This document shows positions 19,901 to 27,171 of a stretch of 64,000 nucleotides of DNA, piece by piece; the stretch's first letter is position 1, and the number at the start of each line of letters is the position of its first letter. The position numbers and the translations under genes were made by a program. The stretch is taken from the NCBI GenBank assembly GCA_041673345.1, contig JBAYXX010000005.1:5929-69928 (forward strand). The letters are read 5' to 3'. The stretch is from Kiritimatiellia bacterium (GTDB lineage Bacteria > Verrucomicrobiota > Kiritimatiellia > RFP12 > UBA1067). The notes beneath the pieces were generated by a model. The model saw only the letters and a list, made by a program, of their open reading frames with translations. It was not told the origin of the DNA and searched no databases.

Positions 19901-20695
19901 GTGGAAGAGGGGGGAGTCTGCTAATTCCACGTTGTTAGAAATCAATAAGTTGTTGATCTTTGTTGCTTTGGCATCCTCTAATGTGTTGGCGATCTCCTGT
20001 TGAGAGAAGTAAATACGTTGTTGCTTCGTATCTGTTGGCATTTTGGGTGCGACGTTTGCATCGATAGTGCCAGAACAGTCGAATATTGCGTAGGCTATAC
20101 GGGTGGGTTTGTTCTGTAACCTCTGCCTCAGGTCATCGTTAGTATGTATGTTTCCCGACAAAATCCAGCTACTGAGTAAAGCGTCGCTGCCTGTGGGAAG
20201 ATCGTTTGTTAAGGCCGGGGGTATCAGCTTTAGAGCTGACTCTGTCAATAGATTGACGCGATGTGTAAAAGTGCTAGTGAAATCTGCAATTGCCGGCGAG
20301 ACAAAAATGTGTTTGTACTGATAAGGAATACTCGGGTCAAATCCTAATTTCTCCAGACGTTCAGGGATGATCCATTGATTCACTGGGGCAAGGCGTTGGT
20401 ATATGTGGGGTTCATTAGGTCCGAAAGCCATCTCCTTGTTAAGATCAATATAGTTTGTGTATGTTAGTGAGTTCTCTATTTGTTGCATTGCAAGGGCAAG
20501 TGCGGTGTTGAGTGTGCTTTTAGCAGCTAACTGATCATGGCTTGCTGTTGAACTTTTCTTCTGCAGTCTAGCGGATAGCAGGAAAGTCATTACTAAAACT
20601 GAGATCACGGAGAGGATCCCCAGGGTGATCAATAGCGCAGAGCCCGACCTATAATCAGATCTGGAGCTTGAACAGCTATGTAGTGGCACTTGCAT
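16958..20695 (-). CDS. giant GspK-like minor pseudopilin (1245 aa)
   Basis: N-terminus RSGSALLITLGILSVISVLVMTFLL is a GspK-type anchor with no Glu+5. It is the last gene after H/I/J-like pseudopilins. C-terminus NVFVIILAAQTLAPG...AAVTVIRD is GspK-like. The body is about 4x canonical length. It has an internal duplication GDNWFTPAMINSPLW / GEEWFTVVMTNSPLY. Confidence 0.6.
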   Translation of the reverse strand: MQVPLHSCSSSRSDYRSGSALLITLGILSVISVLVMTFLLSARLQKKSSTASHDQLAAKSTLNTALALAMQQIENSLTYTNYIDLNKEMAFGPNEPHIYQRLAPVNQWIIPERLEKLGFDPSIPYQYKHIFVSPAIADFTSTFTHRVNLLTESALKLIPPALTNDLPTGSDALLSSWILSGNIHTNDDLRQRLQNKPTRIAYAIFDCSGTIDANVAPKMPTDTKQQRIYFSQQEIANTLEDAKATKINNLLISNNVELADSPLFHTSYDPNPNTFRHYAPMSGPGTEDVLGRDAFGSQLRVDLNNLSLPDSEKLSVLYQLLSTNTYTYNKFNINSITNVLRNYTPASIDLWKNNGQFIAEWLLPAWCISEICRNKDMGSENLVFDKGHRLAWSIANFIDYDRIPDVSNLIEYEMPTRANFAVEDVPLISKISLFNIDDGAGNTDYIGPQDKLKNYNYYNVDPNLSNHYAVAVELWYPFAPNSPFRDEVAPDSYYNDSRSDPRLVDPACYVGIYTNEADVITTTNRPLSSRELENFFGTNIVMKVLFETWAREYTNEVGWAYLDGNPLWQKITNRGDNWFTPAMINSPLWRETTELGEEWFTVVMTNSPLYKTFYLETSGITQTNHWLNIAYPGVTNEFIYSQYTDDQEYMVMYWEDSLTGTITNSLLGGIIDENGDLVALDYTNNIARAIIYGSTPSQNYMISSNFVTAVISTNLITAVRLSPDIEPPQFTTYTNLFNQYTVEQVTPLYIPKRLKLALNELFLMLPTNSISAIHDFMLLTTEDIKKLNKWNELFNYISNSPGIQNTLIPQIIEPSLGNMTEKDKHWLDPDSPFFDLKTTAMTDPDNVNGYFWTVYPKQTISFMEITEQIPPGYPPESEEREIVTNCYALGYIREDSVTNTIWIRPVTTIIGADIITELAPDANARPFTDRIVNEAVMHEKDKNPLHDTVKGWLAPANMYVADPRDNGYEDRWLEFHTNWDAENTNPDIHILTGVKELPFIHFNTPLQTIGDLGHIYTEFRKLKKNESLNGISGNGSTINPVAEYSEEKLAPEYEPADTISFETISGASLLDFFTIKPNKPVRGLVQANTTLKPTLDILFSDVMVGWTNAWSFASGTYGKLSSNNSWPELWAEALTKDQYNTGWRCFADMLPALATNKMYNIQDDSNVKNHTHMHNYIEDVLRGIIDKVSFRQNVFVIILAAQTLAPGTEASENPTVLAEQRAAVTVIRDAYSGNWTIAEWRKLTQ

Positions 20696-20767
20696 TATGT
20701 TGGTCGGTTTAAACTGTTATGTGTTTTTGGTTAATTCTGTGGCTATTCACGCGCTGCATCCTCTTCT

Positions 20768-21622
20768 TTACTTTAGCCTTGTTCCTGATCCCGTCTTGAA
20801 TTGTATCATACGTGAGCTCTCAAATCCTAGATTTCGTGTTAATGCTCTGAGTTTAGCATCGCTACCGGCGACGGTCATTGCATTTACAAACTTGGGCCAA
20901 TCTTGGTCATTGTAGAGCTTTATCGCAAAATAGAGCTGATCCGGCAATACAGAAGCGTGAACTGTATGTTCTGTGCTGAGTATTCGATAAATATCGGGCA
21001 CCTCAACTGCGATATCAACAATCTCTACCCTAGCGGCCAGTAATGAAAACTCCCCTAGAGCTACCGACGGCTCAGGTTTGTTAAAAGGATCTATCACAAA
21101 ATTTATCATATTGTCGTGAAGTTCTAGCTCCCCCAGAACGTCCTCCCTCCTGGCTTCGAGCAAATCGCCAATATGTTGGGGATCATCAATATCGGCGTAA
21201 TCCAGAGGCAGTGTCCGTCGGAACAAAGCGCCTTGATAGTAGGTGTAAAAAACCGCGTCAAGCGCTGGGGCGGGATCATGGGGCGCATTGATTGAGCTGT
21301 GCTTGACAAAGGCCAGAAGGAGATTCAACTGGTTGGCATCTATGCTGCTGGCTGCAAAAAATGTAGGTGGTGCATTTGTTGACGTGCTGGTGTCAAAGGG
21401 CACTCCATTATCCGTAACAGCATAACTAAGGTCTTGCTCCAAGAGGTCAAGCACAATTCGTGCGACTATTTTTTCGTCTTGGTTTGTGTGCTTAGGGCTC
21501 CATATTTCGGTTGTCTTGTTAAGTGCCATGGTCAGCGCACCTAGAATAACTATGAAAAATGTCACTGCGCTAACTAGTTCAACCATGGTTAGGCCGGAGT
21601 TTGGCGAAAACGATCTTTTCAT
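20768..21622 (-). CDS. prepilin-type N-terminal cleavage/methylation domain protein (GspJ-position minor pseudopilin)
   Basis: 284 aa with class III signal NSG|LTMVELVSAVTFFIVILGAL and Glu at +5. Overlaps the upstream gene by 4 nt. Confidence 0.7.
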   Translation of the reverse strand: MKRSFSPNSGLTMVELVSAVTFFIVILGALTMALNKTTEIWSPKHTNQDEKIVARIVLDLLEQDLSYAVTDNGVPFDTSTSTNAPPTFFAASSIDANQLNLLLAFVKHSSINAPHDPAPALDAVFYTYYQGALFRRTLPLDYADIDDPQHIGDLLEARREDVLGELELHDNMINFVIDPFNKPEPSVALGEFSLLAARVEIVDIAVEVPDIYRILSTEHTVHASVLPDQLYFAIKLYNDQDWPKFVNAMTVAGSDAKLRALTRNLGFESSRMIQFKTGSGTRLK

Positions 21623-22197
21623 TGCAACCCCCCATGCTGAATCAGGGTTGTTGTATAAATCCGTTCGTCGCTTGAGTATGTGTCACCATCCGGTAGAATG
21701 TGTAACCTCACATGAAACATGTTTGGCTGACTGAAAACTGAAGACGTTCTGTCTGTTGCCATTTGGAGGGCGTAATATGGGTGCCAATTATTTAAATAGA
21801 TTGAGTCGTTCTTCATTGCGCGGACGTAATAAAAATTTTTGTCGCTGTCATTGTCATTGTCTTTGACTAAAACTATAAATATGTTGTTAGGCGTACTCAT
21901 CCCTGCAACCGGCGGGAATTCAAGGCTATTGTTTTCGATTGCTGCAAACCATTGATTAGTCCAGTTAGCTGGTTGTTTGCTAAAGCGTTGGTTGTATATT
22001 TCTAAAGTCTCAAAGAGAGCTGATGCTAGGTTGTCACAGCGGGCGGTGTTGTCGGCCTCCCGGACTGAATCCTGCCCGCCGCGCCCCAGCCCCATGATCC
22101 CGAGGAAGGCCACTCCGATAACCAATAGCACCAGCGCAATTTCAATTAAGGTGAAACCGTTGTTTGTCATATTTGCGTTATTGCGTGAGCGTCTCAT
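21619..22197 (-). CDS. prepilin-type N-terminal domain protein (GspI-position minor pseudopilin)
   Basis: 192 aa with signal NNG|FTLIEIALVLLVIGVAFLG. An alternative start is Met10 (22170). Confidence 0.7.
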   Translation of the reverse strand: MRRSRNNANMTNNGFTLIEIALVLLVIGVAFLGIMGLGRGGQDSVREADNTARCDNLASALFETLEIYNQRFSKQPANWTNQWFAAIENNSLEFPPVAGMSTPNNIFIVLVKDNDNDSDKNFYYVRAMKNDSIYLNNWHPYYALQMATDRTSSVFSQPNMFHVRLHILPDGDTYSSDERIYTTTLIQHGGLQ

Positions 22198-22217
22198 TTT
22201 AGGATCTCGGTTTTTTG

Positions 22218-22847
22218 CTACTCTCCAACGATAGTTTCAACAGAGCCAGTTGTTAAGTTTATCCATAGATAGCGTCTTATAGGTTTACTGTCAAACAAAC
22301 GTTTTGTGTACAGCCCAATATAGTGACTTTGAGGTGAACTATCTTTTTCGTATAAAAGTGAGCCATCCGGACGGAATGCAAGGTGCGCTGCCTCGTGGTC
22401 AGGGAAGTACGGCTCAGTTTGTCCTTGAAGAGATGCTAGCGCACCAACGTAGATATGTTTTGGGAGCAGTTGGCGAGGAGCGGCTAAGGCTATCCCAAGT
22501 TGATTTATAGCTGTACCTTGATCATAGATCGGTACGTTTTGGGTTAAATCACTAATGAACACCTCTGTTGTGCTGGTTACATTAGAACAGATATATATTT
22601 GAAACTGCGGAGTGCTCATTCCATTAATGGGTGCATTGTTATAATCAAATAAAACGTATTGGCACTTGCTCTGGGCTAAAGCATGCGCTTGGTTTAATCC
22701 AGCTTTCATAATCCGAGCGGCCCCTGTGCAGGCGTGCATAGATGCCCATGAGTTGTAGCTTCCCAGTGCAACCATAAGTATAACACCAGTCACCGCCAAC
22801 ACGGCAAGCAATTCAAAGAGGGTGAAGGCGGAGCATCTATTTTTCAT
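22218..22847 (-). CDS. GspH/FimT-like minor pseudopilin
   Basis: ORF 22218..22889 trimmed to MKNRCSA|FTLFELLAVLAVTG (ATG at 22847, 11-nt overlap with the upstream gene). The segment after the helix, GSYNSWASMHACTGAARIMKAGLNQAHALA, resembles a GspH domain. Confidence 0.6.
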   Translation of the reverse strand: MKNRCSAFTLFELLAVLAVTGVILMVALGSYNSWASMHACTGAARIMKAGLNQAHALAQSKCQYVLFDYNNAPINGMSTPQFQIYICSNVTSTTEVFISDLTQNVPIYDQGTAINQLGIALAAPRQLLPKHIYVGALASLQGQTEPYFPDHEAAHLAFRPDGSLLYEKDSSPQSHYIGLYTKRLFDSKPIRRYLWINLTTGSVETIVGE

Positions 22848-23601
22848 GGTATTGCACCCCTGCTGAATAGATGTATTTTCTGCTCTCATTCGCCTCTGGT
22901 CCGCGCGAGAATGCGAACGCTGTTGTGTTGCTGACGCTCATGTAGAAGCTGGGAGCACCATCAAATTTTATTTCATGAGTAAACGTCGAAGCTGGATTAA
23001 GTCCCATGAAAACGATAAATTGATTACCCCAAGGGTCTTTGTAGCCGACAGAGTCAGAATTAGTGCGATTGTCAAGTCCAAGGAATTCGATTTGTTTTGG
23101 GTTAAAAGGGTTGGGCTGGTAGAGCGGACCAATCTTGGTCTCTGGATCAATTGTGTTTAAAGCGCGATATAGATAGTTGCCTGTAATGTATTTTGGCTCC
23201 GTGTTGGTCACAGTTACACTGAAACTGTCATTGCCGTAGCGGGAGATTATCACGGGTGTTATTATCTCGCCAGACATTAGAATGAAGGTGCTGTCCAACT
23301 GAAGTTGTGGGTCATCTGTCGTGTAGCCGCTGGCTTTAATAAGCTGCCCGGGCCAGAAACCATATACTGTTTTATATTTGATGACCGCCTGTGTCAGCAG
23401 CGTTGCCTGTATACTCGCTTTACGGCGTTCAGCTGCTTTTCTGACTGATTTCACGGTTGGTAACGATATCGCCAGTAGAACCGACATAACTCCGATCACG
23501 ATCACAAGCTCAATAATAGTAAAGCCGTTCCACGGCTTTACCAACAACGATTTCAGCGCTGAGGTTTTAGAGTTATTTGTGCTATGTGTCGGCTTTTTCA
23601 T
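22837..23601 (-). CDS. prepilin-type N-terminal domain pseudopilin
   Basis: 254 aa with a long basic leader, then WNG|FTIIELVIVIGVMSVLLAISLP with Glu+5. Confidence 0.7.
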   Translation of the reverse strand: MKKPTHSTNNSKTSALKSLLVKPWNGFTIIELVIVIGVMSVLLAISLPTVKSVRKAAERRKASIQATLLTQAVIKYKTVYGFWPGQLIKASGYTTDDPQLQLDSTFILMSGEIITPVIISRYGNDSFSVTVTNTEPKYITGNYLYRALNTIDPETKIGPLYQPNPFNPKQIEFLGLDNRTNSDSVGYKDPWGNQFIVFMGLNPASTFTHEIKFDGAPSFYMSVSNTTAFAFSRGPEANESRKYIYSAGVQYHEK

Positions 23602-23649
23602 AAAGAAATTATAGGATTCTCACATTTAAAACTTTTTGGCTTGACTGCC

Positions 23650-24312
23650 CTATTTTGTAGCAAAGGGACTCCAGCTCCCGAGCATCACATCGGTTACGGC
23701 ATTTTTATTGCCTGAACTATCGGTTGTTCTTGGCCCAGGGATGTATGTCCAAACTGCAACGGATTTGAAGACTATCTCCGATGCAGTATCGTTAGGAACA
23801 GCAGGGTCATCTCCAGGAACTTCAATCTGGTTGTCGCCATTGGAGTCGAACATCACTCTATATGCTCGGGTTGTGTCATCTGAATTTGAACTTAGTGACT
23901 TAAATGGATTTACCGGATGGCCTGAGTCACGGTTATATCTTGCGAATTCCATAAAGGGTATGCCTGCTGGATTAACTTCATTCATTAATGCTTCGTAATC
24001 TTTACTTACACCTTGAAGAACTTGAGCAAAGGCTTTGTCAATTATGAATCCTTGATCTTCACCACTCTTTATTATATTCAGGGCGTTGGTAGGCCAAAAA
24101 TGATAGTGCGCCTCATATTGTTTAAATGCGGTTTCGATGTTTTTGAGCTCTGTGTAGGCTATCGCCCGGCGACTGAATTTCTGGGCACGTTCCAGTGCAC
24201 CATAGAGTAGACCCAGTAGAACACTGATAATGGAGATAACAATCAGCATCTCGATCAGGGTGAACCCTGCGCAAATTTTTGATTTTTGATTTTTGATTTT
24301 TGATTTTTTCAT
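23650..24312 (-). CDS. prepilin-type pseudopilin (GspG-like N-terminus) with a heptamer-repeat-encoded leader
   Basis: 220 aa. Reads MKKSKIKNQKSKICAG|FTLIEMLIVISIISVLLGLLYGALERAQ. The leader is encoded by (AAAAATC)x4 on the coding strand. Confidence 0.75.
   Translation of the reverse strand: MKKSKIKNQKSKICAGFTLIEMLIVISIISVLLGLLYGALERAQKFSRRAIAYTELKNIETAFKQYEAHYHFWPTNALNIIKSGEDQGFIIDKAFAQVLQGVSKDYEALMNEVNPAGIPFMEFARYNRDSGHPVNPFKSLSSNSDDTTRAYRVMFDSNGDNQIEVPGDDPAVPNDTASEIVFKSVAVWTYIPGPRTTDSSGNKNAVTDVMLGSWSPFATK
24274..24308. repeat. heptanucleotide repeat inside the pseudopilin leader-peptide coding region
   Basis: The plus strand reads AATTTTT (GATTTTT)x4. On the coding strand this is (AAAAATC)x4 plus AAAAATT, starting 4 nt after the ATG at 24312. 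Confidence 0.9.
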
Positions 24313-24442
24313 TTTTAGTTTTGTTGTGGCGAGCCTCAGTGCGGCTCGCTGTTTGGTCTTCGCTGAGTGTGTAACCCCTTATTGGGCGCAAAGAAAAATT
24401 GATTGCTCTTTCCTAAAAGTTGTCTGTCGAGCTATATCTAAT

Positions 24443-24489
24443 GTAGGTCCGGTTTCCAACCGGACAGTCCGATTGGAAATCGGACCTAC
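24443..24489. repeat. REP-D inverted doublet (REPIN-like) between two pseudopilin genes
   Basis: GTAGGTCCGGTTTCCAACCGGAC-A-GTCCGATTGGAAATCGGACCTAC. The arms differ at two positions that are complementary within each arm. Confidence 0.85.
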
Positions 24490-24506
24490 GTTTATCGCTA
24501 CACATC

Positions 24507-25028
24507 CTACCTCTCAAAAAATATGTCATCCGATGTACTGGATGCGCCGCTGGTGGAGGGCGGCAACTCAGTATCTGCATCCGGGCCACAGGAGAAGAGC
24601 TCATATGCTTGCTTGTTCACATCCCTTCTGTAAACATAGGGTGTGCCCCAGGGGTCGTAGATGCTTGCGGGCATGGTGCAGCAGCTGCTGAAATGGTAAT
24701 TCGTTGATTCAGTGCCAATGTAGAAACGCGCCTGGCACTTATAATAAACATTTGAAAGATTCGCCAAGTAGTCAGTGCTCAACAGGTACTCTTTGGTTTT
24801 TCCTCCGTCAATTATATCCCCAGGATACTCGCCAAAGGTATTGTGCCAGTTGTCCATGGCCTGATGCCAGGCCGCGAGATCGGACTGCGCCCTGCGGATG
24901 TCGGAGATCGCGGAGATATGCTGGGCCAATCCGAGAACCATCGCCATCAGAACAGCGGCAATCGCGGTCACAAAGCCGAGCTCAATCAGCGTAACACCCC
25001 GACGGCTATATGGTGGTTTTCGTTTCAT
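24507..25028 (-). CDS. gspG: type II secretion major pseudopilin GspG-like
   Basis: 173 aa with signal RRG|VTLIELGFVTAIAAVLMAMV. C-terminal motif DPWGTPYVYRRD...YELFSCGPD matches the GspG DPWGxxY...SxGxDG signature. Confidence 0.7.
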   Translation of the reverse strand: MKRKPPYSRRGVTLIELGFVTAIAAVLMAMVLGLAQHISAISDIRRAQSDLAAWHQAMDNWHNTFGEYPGDIIDGGKTKEYLLSTDYLANLSNVYYKCQARFYIGTESTNYHFSSCCTMPASIYDPWGTPYVYRRDVNKQAYELFSCGPDADTELPPSTSGASSTSDDIFFER

Positions 25029-25030
25029 TT

Positions 25031-25057
25031 CATCTGCAAGCAGGATGCTTGCACTAC
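25031..25057. repeat. REP-C copy directly upstream of the gspG-like start codon
   Basis: The plus strand reads CATCTGCAAGCAGGATGCTTGCACTAC. The minus strand reads GTAGTGCAAGCATCCTGCTTGCAGATG. The stem is 7 bp with a 3-nt loop, and it ends 2 nt before the ATG at 25028. Confidence 0.8.
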
Positions 25058-25103
25058 TCCATTATCACTTTCACTTGCATTTAAAGCCATCTTGCATAAG
25101 TTT

Positions 25104-25184
25104 GTCCTCCGCTATGCGGTGGACAACTAATCCACCGTGTAACGGCGGATTTACTGGTATGTCCTCCGCTATGCGGTGGACAAC
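25104..25184. repeat. REP-B copies (two direct, one inverted between them)
   Basis: GTCCTCCGCTATGCGGTGGACAAC occurs at 25104 and 25161. TCCACCGTGTAACGGCGGA lies at 25131. The stem is 8 bp with a 3-nt loop. Confidence 0.75.
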
Positions 25185-25320
25185 AATTTCGCCCCATTCG
25201 GCCCATCTGTCCCATTCGGCCCATCTGTCCGCAGTACCCTAACCACCTTCAGCCTAAACTCCTAAACTCCTCGCTACTCCTATTCCGCCGAGCGGAATCA
25301 CATAATTCGGCGACGCCGAA

Positions 25321-27057
25321 TTATTCTTCCATGCGCCCCGCAACCCGCACCACCTCGTCAACCGATGTGCGTCCCTCGACTACCCGCAACCAGCCATCAC
25401 GCCGCAGCGTGACCATACCCTCCTTAATGGCCAGATCCTTGATGATGTTAGAGGGGGCGCGCTCAATCACCAGCCCGCGGATGCCATCGGTCATAATCAT
25501 GACCTCATTGATGGCGCTGCGACCGCGGTAGCCTGTGAATCCGCAGGTGGGACAGCCATGCCCCTTGATGAAGATTGCGTTTTCAATTGTATCCGGATAA
25601 TAGCCTTTGATCTCGTCGTAAATAGTAGCAGGCGGGGTTGCAGCATCACAGCAGTTTTTACAGACTCGGCGCACCAGACGCTGGGCCACAATGCCCTCCA
25701 CGCACGAGGCCGTCAGATAGGGCTCAACGCCCATGTCGGTCAGACGGGCAATCGCGCTGGGAGCATCGTTGGTATGCAGCGTGCTGAGCACCAGATGGCC
25801 GGTGAGTGATGAACGTACCGCAATGTCCGCGGTCTCTGAGTCGCGAATCTCACCGATCAGGATCACATCCGGGTCGTGGCGCAGAATTGAGCGCAGGATG
25901 GAGGCAAAGGTCAAACCGATTTTGCTGTGTACCTGCACCTGGCTGATGCCGCCCATCTGATACTCAACCGGATCCTCAACTGTGATGATTTTGGTGCCAG
26001 CCTGATTCAGCCTGGCCAGCAGCGCATAGAGCGTGGTGGTTTTGCCTGAGCCTGTCGGGCCGGTCATCAGTACCACTCCGTGCGGCAGGTCGGTCAGCTT
26101 GGCGATCTTGGGTAATTGGTAGGGGGAGAGTCCCAGCAGATCCAGATCGACCTTGGTGGTGCCGCGGTTCAGAATACGCAGACAGCAGGTCTCGCCCCAA
26201 CCGGTTGGCAGCACTGAAACACGCAGGTCATAATCGTTGTTGCCGCAGTGCACGTTGATGCGTCCGTCATGGGGTTTGCGGTGCTCCGCAATGTCCATGT
26301 TGGCCATGATCTTGACTGCGGAGCTGACCGCATTGCGCAGTCTATCAACACCGGTGGGCAGAGGGATATGCTGCAGAATGCCGTCAATACGGTAACGCAG
26401 CCGCAGGGTGTCCTCATAGGGCTCAATATGAACGTCAGTGGCATCCATGCGGATGGCTTCGGCAATGATCAGGTTGATAAAGCGCACAACCCCGGTTTCC
26501 TGGGTCTTGACGGCGATGTCGGATTTTTCATCGCGCTCTTCGCGCATCTCCATGGCCTCGGCTTCGGCAATCAATTGATCAATGCTCTCCGCGCCTAGCC
26601 CATAGAAATGAGTCAGGGACATGCCGATATCGCGCTCAGGGCAGAGGATGAACTCAACACCAACATTGAGAATCATGCGCAGACCGTCAACTGTGGAGAG
26701 CGTGGGCACACGGCTGGCAGCCAAGAGCAGAACCCCCTCTTTATATGAGATTGGCACAATGCGGTGGCGCAGCGCGACCTTGGGGGTCACCATTTTAATG
26801 GCTTCGTCCTCGACCTTATAGTCGCCGATTGGGTGGTAGGGGATGTTACTGACATTTGAGAAGGTTTTCAGGAGCTCCTCTTCGTTGACAATGGCCTCCT
26901 CGCGCAGGAGGGTGTCGATGCCTTTGAGTGTCAACGAGGCGCGTCCTTGCAGGTCAGAGAGCTTATCAAATGTCAGCAGCCCTTTGTCAATCAATAGCTG
27001 CGAGGCTTCGGTGATCAGTTCATCGGTGTAATAGCGAATCTGTTTGTTGTTATCCAT
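25321..27057 (-). CDS. gspE: GspE/PilB-family secretion ATPase
   Basis: ORF 25321..27132 trimmed to MDNNKQIRYY (ATG at 27057), because the upstream RPRPRPR is translated hexamer repeat. Has a T2SSE_N domain, Walker [11 protein letters not shown], Asp box, Walker B VILIGEIRD and His box LSTLHTND. The tetracysteine motif is CKNC...CPTC. Confidence 0.9.
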   Translation of the reverse strand: MDNNKQIRYYTDELITEASQLLIDKGLLTFDKLSDLQGRASLTLKGIDTLLREEAIVNEEELLKTFSNVSNIPYHPIGDYKVEDEAIKMVTPKVALRHRIVPISYKEGVLLLAASRVPTLSTVDGLRMILNVGVEFILCPERDIGMSLTHFYGLGAESIDQLIAEAEAMEMREERDEKSDIAVKTQETGVVRFINLIIAEAIRMDATDVHIEPYEDTLRLRYRIDGILQHIPLPTGVDRLRNAVSSAVKIMANMDIAEHRKPHDGRINVHCGNNDYDLRVSVLPTGWGETCCLRILNRGTTKVDLDLLGLSPYQLPKIAKLTDLPHGVVLMTGPTGSGKTTTLYALLARLNQAGTKIITVEDPVEYQMGGISQVQVHSKIGLTFASILRSILRHDPDVILIGEIRDSETADIAVRSSLTGHLVLSTLHTNDAPSAIARLTDMGVEPYLTASCVEGIVAQRLVRRVCKNCCDAATPPATIYDEIKGYYPDTIENAIFIKGHGCPTCGFTGYRGRSAINEVMIMTDGIRGLVIERAPSNIIKDLAIKEGMVTLRRDGWLRVVEGRTSVDEVVRVAGRMEE

Positions 27058-27090
27058 AGTTTGGTTTATAGCTTGTAGTTTGTCTATATC

Positions 27091-27126
27091 TCGGGGTCGG
27101 GGTCGCGGTCGGAATCGGTATCGAAT
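27091..27126. repeat. hexamer tandem repeat (TCGNNN x6) upstream of gspE
   Basis: TCGGGG TCGGGG TCGCGG TCGGAA TCGGTA TCGAAT. Related arrays lie at 16006-16033 and 44301-44374. Confidence 0.8.
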
Positions 27127-27171
27127 AGTCAAGGAACGCGATTTACACCTCCGATGCAGCTGGCCTTTAAG

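Noticed and set aside
24122-24391. 89-aa ORF overlapping the 5' end of the 220-aa pseudopilin gene in another frame.
   Set aside because: It has a TTG start, no RBS and no protein-like features. It is kept only as context for the heptamer frameshift hypothesis and is not called as a gene.
27058-27132. N-terminal extension MTIRYRFRPRPRPRDIDKLQAINQT of the gspE ORF.
   Set aside because: RPRPRPR is the translation of the TCGNNN hexamer microsatellite. The ATPase N-domain starts at MDNNKQIRYY (27057).
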